Assembly: GCA_977017645.1 (NCBI GenBank) | Contig: OZ360237.1 | Location: 44,454,001 to 44,518,000, forward strand | Reading direction: 5' to 3' | DNA: 64,000 bases | DNA from: Torpedo marmorata | Taxonomy: Eukaryota | Part shown: piece after piece, positions 12,301-24,300 of the stretch | How positions within the stretch are numbered: the stretch's first letter is position 1 | Layout: every line of letters starts with the position of its first letter | Program-made: the position numbers and the translations under genes | Notes under the pieces: generated by a model | What the model was told of the DNA's origin: nothing | Seen by the model: only the letters and a program-made list of their open reading frames with translations | Databases searched by the model: none

Positions 12301-15300
12301 GCTGCTTTTCCAAACTCCCTATTAAGTCTCCTTTATGTTCGAGCTCTGTTTGCTTTCTCTGATGTGCATCTTGGAGTGCCACCAGCTCCTCTTTAACATC
12401 CTCTAACTCTTTGCTTTGTGCCGAACATTTTTCTAACATGTGATTGTTCTCCTCCTTCTGTTGTGACAGCTGCTCTTTGTGATGTCTATCTTTCTCTTGA
12501 GCCTTTTTGATAGTTTCCTTTCGTGCCAAAAGTGCAGCCTTCAGCTTCTTTTGTAAATGTTCCTTTTCTTGTTGGAGTTCATTTAGCTTATCCACAATCT
12601 CAGTAACACCACCATCACTGAGAGCTTGAGTTTTATCAGGTGATTCTGTGTTTGAATATTCAGGTATTTTAGACAATGCAGTTTTGAGTGTTTTGAGGTT
12701 TGAATTATATTGATATCGCTCATCTTCAAATGCCTTCCCCTTTTCTGCTAAAACGGACTGGAGTTGTGCAATGGAGGAATCTTTTTCCTTAACAATTTTA
12801 AACAACTCTGCAGACAGAGTTACTTTCTCTGCTTCACACTGACTGACATTTTTCTGTAATTGTTCTATGAAGGCTTCTTTCGTGGAAAGAGTCTCGCTAA
12901 GGGTATTTATATCACCATCCTTCTCAAGCAGCTGTTGCTTGAGAATTTCAAGGTGCACTTCAAGCTCTTTAAACTCCTTCTGTCCACTTGTCACTTGACT
13001 TTCAAGCATTCTGAAACTACCCTGCAATTCTTCGACTTGTTTGCTTTTGTCTAAATCAGCAGCATGGGTTTGCTGCAACTCTTCAACTTTCTTCATCAAG
13101 TCCCGCCTGGTTAATAGTGCAGCTTGAAATTTCTTCTTGAGCAGGTCCCTCTCCTTGGTTAGTACTTGGGTTTGTGAACGTAGCTGTTCATTTTCAGTAA
13201 CAATACCTAGGTACTGTTCCTCCTTCGCATTTAGAAGAGCATCTTGCTTCTCCAGCTGTTTCTTAAGCTGCTCTAGTTCACATATAAAGCGGGCAATCTT
13301 TTCATCGGAAACACTGTTTCTCAACTTAAGCTCTTGCATTTCGTCAGTCAAATGTTTTTCTACATCTGCTGCTTTAACCATTTCCTTTGAAATAGATTCC
13401 GAAAGCTGCATTGTGGAAACATCCTTCTCCCTCAGCTGTTGACTGAGAGAAGCCACCATTTCTTGTTGCTGGGTTATTCGCATGGCCAGAATTTGTCTTT
13501 CGTGTTCTTTCTTTTGCAGGATATCAAAATGCTTGGCCCCCTCATTCACTGCGTCCTCCAACTGCTGGGATTTCTTTTCAAGTTCCAGCTCCAAACCATT
13601 GAGTCGCTCCAACACTGAACTACTTTGCTGCAAACTTTCATCTAAAGCTGTTTGTCTTTCTCTCAGTTCACCTTGTGATTGCTCTAGTTTTCCCTGAAGA
13701 TCAGCTTTCTGTCTATGTAAATCTTCGAGCTCCAACTGGTGATTTAATTTAGTTTGGGTGAGCTCGTTGTGGAGCAAAAGCTTCTCTTCTTCAAAACACA
13801 TTAATTTATCAGCAAAGCTTTTTGTACTTTCCAAAATATCATGCTCACTTACAGTAATACTACTCTGCAATTTCTCAATTTCTTTTTCAGACAGAGCAAG
13901 CTTCAACTCACTCATGGCAATTTCATGATTTGAAACCAAAGCTGACAATTCATCCAATCCAGATTGTTTCTCAACAAGTTTCTGACTGAGGTTAGACACC
14001 AGTGATTCTTGTTCTTTTAGGTGATTTGTATTGGTTTGTAATTGAGAAGTCTGTTCTGAAAACTTTTCTTGCAAATTATCTAGATCTTTTTGTAAGCAAT
14101 CAATTTTAGCATCCTTTGACTCTAATTGATTTCCTAAAAAGTTCAACTTTTCAGTCAGCAGACTATTTTGCTCAGTTTCTTTATCCAATTCTGCCAACTG
14201 CTTCCTTTCTGATTCCATCAGACTTTGCTCTAGTTTTTGAACTTCTAATTTCAATGTCAATATTTCCTCTGATTTAAGACTGACCTGTTTCTGAAGACAT
14301 TCATTTTCATCCCTCAGATGTTGCAAAACCTCAAGTTGCTGTGCCTCGCAAAGTTTTACAAGTTTCTCTTCAAGCACCTGCAACTCTTCTGATTTTTGTT
14401 GCAACCGCTTCTGATTGGAGGCATTCATTTCCTCCTTCTCGACTCTCACTGTGTTCAACTGGCAATCCAGTGCTGAATTTTCTTTCCTGAGTTGATCACA
14501 CTGCTGATGAAGATTGTCAATCTGCATCATTCTTTCTTGATGGTCTTGCGTTGACTTTTCGTTCAGATTTTTCAGTTGCACCTCAAGGTTCTCCGCGTGC
14601 TGCACCTGGTCCGAGTACTTACTCTGAAGAATCATGTCATTTTGCTTCAAATCATGATAAACCAACTCAAGCTGTTCTATTGCTTCTTTATACTGAATGT
14701 TTTGTGCACTTAGAGCTGCAATCTGACTATCCATATTCTTTTGATTAATAGTAAACATTTCCTCTTTCTGTTTCAAGATATTTCCACAGTCATTTAATGA
14801 TAGATGACTCTTTTGCAGTTCCTCTTTTAGTGACTCAATTTCAGCCATTAAAGTATTGGTATTATACTCTGTGGTTTGAATAATGACATCCTTTTCACGA
14901 AGTACTGTCTGAAGTCCTGCTATTTCCTCATCCTTCCTACTCAGCTCTCCATTAAGTTCCTTGAACTGCTCAGATTGAGCAGCATACCTTTCCTGTAGGT
15001 GGCTAAAAGCAGTTTCTTTCTCCTCCAGTAATTGCTCACATCGCTTTGAATCAGCAAATGTGCATTGTACTTTACTCTGGAGTTCTGATACCATCTCTGT
15101 GCTCTCATTGAATTGCGATTTTAACAAATCACTCTCACTTGCTTTGTCTTTCAATCTCTTGACAAGTTTACTCTGCTCCAAAATTGAAGCCTCCTTACGT
15201 GCGATAGTTTCTCTCAATTGATTCATTTCAGAATTCTGTTGCTTCACTTGATTACTTAATTGTGAAAATGAATGCTCAAGATCAATAAACTTTTTACGGA

Positions 15301-18300
15301 GTGTTTCAGCTTGAGTTTCCTTTACCTCCATCTGTAACATCAAATCTTCCTTGCAAGCTGCAGCACTCTCCTTGATCTGAGAGAAGGACAATTCCTTTTC
15401 CTTAACAGCACTTTTCAGTATTTCAGCCTCAGAGATGGCAGCTGTCAGCTGTGCTCTAAGTTGCAAAACAGTTTCGTCCATTTCAGAATGGGCCGTCTTG
15501 AGTTTGACACAATCTTCAACTTTGCAGGCCAGCAACAAGTCCCTTTCCTCAATGGTGCGCTTCAGTTCATGTGCTTTGAAGGTCAAGTCTTGGATTTGGT
15601 TTTCAAGTTTCAAAATTGTTTCCATGGATTGCATTTCCAGTGCACGGTGCTCTGCTGCTTTCTTCTGGAGATGTCCATAGTCATCCATCTGTTGGTGCAG
15701 GGCTTTCTCTTTCACTTGCAAAGTCAGCTTGAGCTGACTTGCTTCACACTGCAGAACTTGCTCCTGATGCTGCAGGTCTGAAATTTTCCGTGCCCATTGG
15801 CCCAACTGCTCTTCATTTTGTGATGTTCTAGCCTGGAGCTGTTGCAGTAATATTGCTTGCTGATCCAATGACCTGTGTTTTTCTTCAAGATCCAAATTAA
15901 GCTTTTTAGTGGCAGCATTCAAATCGTTGACTTCTTTGTTCAATGAGATTATCACGCCCTCTTTTAGCGACAAAAGATCCTGAAGACCTGCAGTCTCGTC
16001 GTCTTTGCTCTGAACAGCAGACTTCATTGCTTCAAGTTCCACTGTAAGCCTACAATTTTCAGTGCGGAATGCCTGTGTCTGATCCCGTACAACAGATGCT
16101 GCGAGCTCATACTCATTCACCCTTCCCTGCAGCCGATTGTTTTCAGCAGTCCACTTACTTAAAGACGCTTGAAGCTCTTTATTCTCATTCTGAAGATGCT
16201 CCTTGTCAACATTTAGCGCATCCATTTGTTTCTGTAACAGCAAAACCATATCAGTTTTCTGGTCAAGTTGTCCCTGCAAGTCATAGCCTTCAACAGACTT
16301 AACATTGAGGAGTGATTCTTTATCATTTAACCACTGCCTGAGTTTTTCACCTTCTTCTGTCAGTTCCTGCACTTGACTTTCTAACTTTTTAGTAGTAAGC
16401 TGCTGCTGACTTAACGTCTTACACAAGCCATCCAATTCAGATAACTTTTCTTCCAAAGCCATGGCCTTGACCCCAAGCTCAGCACCGAGTGTTTGAACTT
16501 GATTTTGTAAATCCATTGTTGCCTCTTGCTCTTTGTGTAACAGGTTTTGTATGGAGGTGCATTCAGCACTTTTACTGTTCAACGCAACTTCCTTCTCATG
16601 GTTTGAAAGCTGAAGTTCTTCCAGCTGCACTGTGGCACACTGCATTTGCCCTTGGATTTTCTCAGTTGTTTGTCGATGCTCTAAAATTTCAACTTTCAGA
16701 GTGTTACATTCATTTATCTTTTCACGCAACTGCTGTTCCACTGTTAATTTATTTTCTTCCAAAGCTTTTGAAAGTTCTAATTTTGCAGTTAATGCTTCTT
16801 TTTCTTCTTGCAACTGGGAGATTGTGCTTTTGTGCTGTGAAATCTGCTTTACTTCAGAGGCTATTTTACTCTCTAATTGCTGCACAACATCATTTCGCTT
16901 TGATAGTTCATTTTCCTTATCACTTAAAAGCGCCTTGAGGCTTTCATTTTCAATAGACACGTCTTTCATACTGCACTCCAAATTGGAGTTCAGCTTGAAG
17001 GTACTTGCGGCATTATCTTTTAATTCTGTTACAAGGTTAGCTTGCTCTGAAAGGCTCCGAACTTGATCTTCCACCGTTGCCCGCAACTGTACATTTGTGG
17101 CATCAAGTGCTTTTGTTTGGTTTTGCAAGTCAATAACCAACTTGCCCATCTCATCCATCTGCTTCTTCAAGTCTTTCCTTTCGGTTTCTTTAGTCTGTAC
17201 TTCAAGCATCAATTGAGAATTCCTTTCTTCAACCACTTGAAGCTTCTGCTCTAAAGAGGCAACAATACCTTGCATCTCCTGCAGTTTCCCTTCAGCTTCT
17301 TTGCAAGCTTCCAGTTGTTTGGATAGTTTCCCGAGCTCCTCTTCTTTTCCAATGTTCTCAGCTACGAGGTTATTGCAATGGTTTTTCAAAGCTTTCAATT
17401 CATTCTCCAAACATAGCTCTTTTTCCTCTTTCTCTTGGATTGAAATGTCAAGTTGTTTTTTTGCTGAACTGCTTTCGGCCAAACGAGCCTTCAGTTTTTC
17501 AATTTCTTTCTGGTTTGTAGCATTCATTTCTTGAAGTTTTTTGGTGGTTACGGCAACCTTGTTTTCAAGCGACAATATCCGAGGTCCACATTCAGCAAGA
17601 TGAGCTTGATTTAATACATTCTGTTGCTCTAACTCTAAACGCAGGTTTTGAATGGTGTCATTATTTTCTCTCATCTGATCCATTAAAATCACAATCTTTT
17701 TCTCCTTAGCATCAAGTTCACTCTTGGCATTATGTAACTCAGACTCCATGTTGGAAAGCTGATCTACTAATGAAGAAAGGTTGTTGTTCATTGTCTGATC
17801 ATCAGCAGACTGAGTCTCCTTCAACAACATAATTTCCCTTTCAACCTTAACCAGGGCTGCTTGCAGTTCTCCAGCCTCCTGCTCTTTACTTCTATTTTTC
17901 TCCTTCAATGCCTTATTTTCATCCGAATATTCCATCATCCTATCAGAAAGAGCAAATTTTTCATGCTCCTTCTCCACAATGATCTCTTTAAGAGCGTCAA
18001 CCTCTCGTTCGCAGCTTTGCAAGTCAGCAATGAGGCGGGCTCGCTCCTCCAAGTGGCTCGAATTGAGTCGCTCCAGCTCATCATTCGCCTGCTCCAGGTC
18101 TTGGCGCAGGCCCTCCACTGCAGCCTCCTGTTTCTGTACCTGAACATCACAAAGGAAGATGTTTATATTCAGCTGTGACACATGATAAAGCAAATATGTT
18201 CAGGTTTGGTGATCTGTGCATTTTATAACAATCTGAAATGGAAATTCATTCGATTTTGCAAAAAAACGATTACTGAATGTGAACCTACATTCTATAAACA

Positions 18301-21300
18301 ATTAGACCAAAAAAAAATCAGCAATAGATTGTCCGATAACAAAAATTAAGATTAAATTATAAAAATAACAAGGTAATTTGTCTTCTTCAAACACACAATT
18401 TTTAAATAGATATCTACATCACCATAGAAAAATAGAAACTATGCAATCATCTGCCAGGATGAATACGAAAATAGCTTGATAACATTTTAAATTTAGACAT
18501 ACAGCACGGTAACGAGCCCGTGCCGCCCAATTACACCCAATTGACCTACAACCCCCGGTATGTTTTGAACAGTGGGAGGAAACCGGAGCACCCGGAGGAA
18601 ACCCACAGACACGAGAAGAACGTACAAACTCCTTACAGACAGCACGGGATTCTAACCCCAGTCCCGATCACTAGCGCTGTAACATCGTTGTGCTAACCAC
18701 TATGCTAACCGTGCCACCCTCCCTCTATGCTAACCGTGCCGCCTTTTTACAGCACAGAATTTTATTGAGCCATAGTTTTGTGTTGATTCTATAGAAGAAC
18801 TATCCACATTTCCCCTCTTTTTACGCATAGCCCTAATATTCCATCAACAATAACTTTTGTTGGCTATATTTCTGGCTATGAAATGTCATACTTTTTCTTT
18901 GTTTGAAGATAATTTCTCTGAGAGGTCCAGGACAGTATTTTTCAGCTCACCACACTCTACTTCAAAAGCACTGCATTTCTTCGTGACACATCCAAGCTGA
19001 TAAAAAGAAGACAAGGAATTACTAAATATCATTCACTTTTATGTGTCATATGGACATGGTAACAACTGCTATTTTCAAAAGCAAAATGAAAAATGTCCGA
19101 GCTAGAGGTAATACGCAAATAAAATGTTTTGGGATTACTGTGACAAGGTCAGTGAAAACCCTAATGTTTGTGAGGAGGAGTTGAAGGAAAATCAGGATTT
19201 ATTTTTTTTTAGAAAAGCAAAACATTTGGTACAAAGGAATATGTTATGGACCATGACTGACCATTTGGACTGCGGACGGTCAGCAGGAAGGATGAAGTCT
19301 TTTGGAGTATACACTGGGGCCAGGTACTGAAAGAGTTAACTTCCCCAGGACTTGGTGTACCCAGACAGAGAGAGAGAGAGAGACAAGCTGTGGACAAGAT
19401 ACATTGTTGCACTTTTGGTGTACCCAGACAGAGAGAGACCAGAGAGAGAGAGAGAGAGACAGACTGGACAAGATACATTTGTTTCACTTTTGCAAAAAGC
19501 AGGTGCAGATTTCTGCAGGAAAAGCAGACAGTTGTAAGTTGCAAAGGCCAGAGAACACAGCCAAATCCAGGTTTGTGCATAGTCAGAGAAAAGACTGGCA
19601 GAATAGCACATGGCCTCCTGTCTCAGAGAAATTCTGAGAAAAAGCAACTTCTGTGGAGAACAGGCGTGAGATCAGCGAGACTAGCTGTGAGATTCAAGCA
19701 TACGCCTAAATCAGTGGTATACTGATCTGAACTCGAAATCCTTATGAACATACAAGAAGGGGACGTCATCAGAGAAGAAAACAAGTATTTGTAAGCATAA
19801 ACAGTCATTGTCTCTCTCCAACGTTCATTCAGAAGTACTTCTACCAGACACAGAGCTGAAGTTGAAGCCTGAACTTAGAGAGTGAATTTTGTAGACTGTA
19901 TTATCCTTTTTTTTGACTGACTTGTTTTTTTATGACTGACCTGGGGTTTTTTGGGAAAGTTTTTCCATTTTAACATAAGGGTTGGGCACAGACTGTAATG
20001 GTCTGGGCTTTACACACACACACCTTTTAGATAAGAATAGTGTTTATAGACGTTTATAGTGGGGTTAATTGTTGTGAAATTATATGTTTAATTGTGTTTA
20101 ATAAATATAAATTTCAATTTTACCCCTTTTGCATTGCGTCTTCTGTCGTTGCTGGTTTGAATTTGTAACAACTAAGATAAAGGACTCTTCTAAATTTGAA
20201 TTGATTGCAGCCTCAGATTCAGCAGTTCTAAAGACAGAACTGGATTACTTAAAGGAGTGGACACTGAAGCTTACAAATCAACTGAATTCTTATTACTTTT
20301 GCAATTGAGTCTTAAATTATATCAATAACAAAATTATAAAATTACAGTAGGGCTGGTTTTGTGGGCAATAGAGAGAACTGCAACACACAAGTAATTTGAG
20401 AGGTGGAAGCGGACCAAGAACAGTATGAGCAGAGGGACAGATAAGTTGAAAGATTTAAAATTTTTTTTTAGACATACAGCACGGTAACAGGCCCATCCAG
20501 CCCATATACACCAATTAACCTACAAACCCCGTACGTTTTTGAAGGGTGGGAGATCGGAGCACCTGGAGGGAACACACGCGGACACAGGGAGAACGTACAA
20601 ACTCCTTACAGGCAGCGCCGATTGCAAGGGATCTTTTTGCACTGTGAACAGCTTGCCCAAGTGAAATGAAAGCACAAATTTAGACACAAACAAAATGGTA
20701 AAATTAATGAAACTTGATTTCAGTGTAATGGGTTGCAGCATGAACATGTCAGAATGCTTACATCTTCTTCAGTGTGCAATAGCTTTTCAGCAAGGCTTTG
20801 TCTGGTTATTTCTTGGGCATTCAAGGATTCCTTGCACTTATTCATCTGCATTAACTTTGCTAAGGTTTCTGCCAATACGTGTTCCTTTTCTGCCAGTGAC
20901 GTTTCCAGGTAGTCCTTCCTGTCGCTGACTCTAGAGATTAACATCAATGCCACTCAGTTTAGAGTTCAATTTTTATAACATTACACATAACATTCAGAGG
21001 ACAGTGGAAAATAAGGAGCAAAAGAAGAAACATGGTTCAGTGGGAGATTTAGTAAGAGTATACAAAATTACATGTTGCTTTCACAACAAAAGAAATAGAA
21101 GAAATTAGAAGCTGGGTAAAATAAAATGACCTGTCATGATCTTAAATAGATCAGCACACCTACATGCTGACAGTTTTCTCTTCTTCTAAAGAAGTCCCTT
21201 AAGGTGAAAGATTGCTTCCATTCCAGTACTGCAGGTCTGGGATAGCCACAGAGAACTAGTGGAGGTCAGCAGAATCTGAGGCAGCTGGTGCTTGACCAGG

Positions 21301-24300
21301 TGAATATTTTGGTATGTGTGCTCCTTCTGCTGTTTGCACTTGGCCTCCATATATTCCATGGAACCATAGAATATTACAGCACAGAAACAGGCCTTTCAGC
21401 CCTTCTAGTCTGTGCCAAACTATTTTTCTGCCTGGTCCCACTGATCTGCACCCAGTCTATAGCTCTCCATACCCCTCCCATCCATGTACCTGACAAAATT
21501 CTTCTTAAAAGTTAAAATTGAGCCCGCATTCATGTCAGCTGGCAGCTCGTTCCACACTCCCACCACTCTCTGTGTGAAGTTCCCCCTCATGTTCCCCCTA
21601 AACTTTTCCCCTTTCACTCTTTACCCATGTCCTCTGGTTTGTATCTCACCTACCCTCAGTGGAAAAAGCCTACCTACATTTACTCTGTCTCTACCCCTCA
21701 TAATTTTAAATACCTCTATCAAATCTCCCCTCATTCTTCTACGCTCCAGGGAATAAAGTCCTAACCTCTAACCTTTCCCTGTAACTCAGTTCCTGAAGTC
21801 CGGGCAATATCCTAGTAAATCTTCTCTGCACTCTTTCAATCTTAGTGATATCTTTCCTGTAGTTAGGTGACCAAAACTGCACACAATACTCCAAATGCGG
21901 CCTAACCAATGTCTTATACAACTTTAACATAACATTCCAACTCCTATACTCAATACTTTGATTTATGAAGGCCAATATGCCAAAAGATCTCTTCACAACC
22001 CTATCTACCTGTGATGCCACTTTCAGGGAATTGTGTATCTGTATTCCCAGATCCCTGTGTTCTACCACACTCCTCAATGCCCCACCATTTAGCGTATATG
22101 TCCTTGGTTTATCCTTCCAAAATGCAACACCTCACACTTGTCTGCATTAAATTCCATCTGCCATTTTTCCAGCTGGTCCAGATCCCTCTGCAAGCTTTGA
22201 AAGCCTTCCTCGTTGTCTATAACACCTCTAATCTTTGGGTCATCAGCAAACTTGCTGATCCAATTTACCACATTATCATCCAGATCATTGATATAGATGA
22301 CAAACAACAATGGTCCCAGCACCGATCCCTGAGGCACACCACTAGTCACAGGCCTCCAGTCTGATCAAAAAGATTCAAGGTGCTTCTTACCCATTTTGAG
22401 AAGTCACAGCCCAGAGATTCCCATGAGTAGGACATGTTCCCTTTCTGCAGGAATATTACATTCTTCAAGGAGGTTTTGAGAATATTCTCAAAGCATTTTC
22501 TCTGCATCCTGGAAATTTTGTGCTACAACAGAGATCAGAGTAGAGTACGTGGAGACACACAGGAGTGTGCTGGTACTGGAATCTGAAGCTAAACACAACC
22601 TGCTGGAGGAACTCAGCAGGTCAAGCAACATCAGTGGGAGAAATGTATTTATTTTTCTCCCACTGATGCTACTTGACCCGCTGAGTTTCTCCCAGCAGAT
22701 TGTGTTCAGCAGGGGAAGAGCTCTTGTTTTGCAAGCCTGATGTCATATATTCAGGGACATTGCACACCACCCCCTTCTCCCGCACACAACCACCACAAAG
22801 TGAACAAATTGAGCATTACCCCCCAAGACTTAATGATGGGGACTGGGCTGGGAGAGGACACCCAACACCCATCCTGTGAATGAATTTGGAAATTTTTTTG
22901 CAGTCAGTGCAGGTGGCATTTTTCTAATTTTTGAGGTGTCTAACATGGGCTGGTAGATCAATTGGCTACTTTAAATTACCCATAGCATTGGTGGAGTAAT
23001 GGGAAAAGTAGTGAGGGAGTAGGATTGCAGGGATTCCCCCAAGCCAGCATAGACGGTGGTTAATTGGCCTCCCACGTCATAACAAAAAGATGCTGTTACC
23101 AATGCCGACAAGAAGATGGGAACCACATTTGACAAATGCATCACATACAATTTCCATAGAATTGACTGAGATGGGTCAAAACCCTCACAAAATGCCAATG
23201 TTATTGGTAGTTGAGTCCTAAAGCCAAGAAAAAAAAGTGACATTCAAATTATGGAAATCGGATTTTATTCTTGCTCCACTCGCGTCAATATGAGACAGGG
23301 ATTTATGTTCCTACCCTTTTAACCGTTCATTGAGGCTGGAAACAAGTTGCTGGTGTTGTTCAAATTCACGACTTTGCTGGCTCCGCAAAAGGGACAGCTG
23401 ATTCTGCAACCGTTCACTTTCATTCTGCGTCAGGAAGGTAACATTTTAAGCCAATTTGCAGAAAACATTCAGGTTTTTCACAATCCTTTTGAGGCACAGG
23501 AGACAAGTTCAAAATTTGATCTATAACCCATCTTATTTTGAAAATTAGAAAGAATATCAAAGCTACAGTATAGAATCTGTCAAATTGGCTTGAACCATCA
23601 TTTAATGAATTTGTACAGACCAGCCCAAATGAAATTACTCAGGATTAACTGAATTATTTTTGAGCAATGCAAAAATAATCATCAAGCATCATCTCAAAAG
23701 CAGAAACACAAGGACAATGACAAACCAAACAATCTCTTCAGTTTTCATAAAATCCACTCCTGCCTCACATGACTAGTTTAGATACATCACTGCCTATCAT
23801 CACATATATTTGCTCTCCTAATGCATTCCTGCACATCAGTTGGGTGTTCAAATTATAAAGGTTCCATTATTGTCACGTAATACTACATTTAGAATGTAAC
23901 ATACATGAAATTCTTTAATTTTTGTCTACCGTAAGGCAGACAGAGGGTCGCTACTTTGTCCAGCGCCCCTCACAGAAACCTACAGCACCTGGTATTCCTT
24001 GGCGATCTCCCCTCCAAGTAGTGACCAGTCCTGTGCCTGCTTAGCTTCCGAGATCAGACAATCCCAGTCGTATTCAGGCTATTGGTGCTGCCTTTATATA
24101 GATTAATGGCACCTGACTCAACAGACTGCTGCTTTTCTTAATTATCTGCATTTTGAGAATGGCCTGAGATTCCAACATTCAAATGCAGCATAACTTTGGA
24201 AATCTCACACAGAATTTATTTGATTTTTCATTCATTGACATCTATTGAGGGTAGCACAGTGGCACAGCAGGCAGTGTTGGTGTAAAAACACAATGCTGGA

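Noticed and set aside
7764-18178. Many plus-strand ORFs (60-200 aa, S/F/C/L-rich) overlapping the giant exon
   Set aside because: Antisense shadows of E/K/Q/L-rich coiled-coil codons; no independent coding signal
7721-18193. 3490-aa ORF as a single-exon gene
   Set aside because: Both ends run into intron sequence past clear splice sites (18139, 7763); it is an internal exon
21178-21345. Possible RTE-type LINE remnant continuing at about 22370-22950
   Set aside because: Too degraded to classify without alignment
23976-24083. Functional 5S rRNA gene
   Set aside because: 5'-degenerate, many substitutions, no T-run terminator, fused to a LINE-like tail
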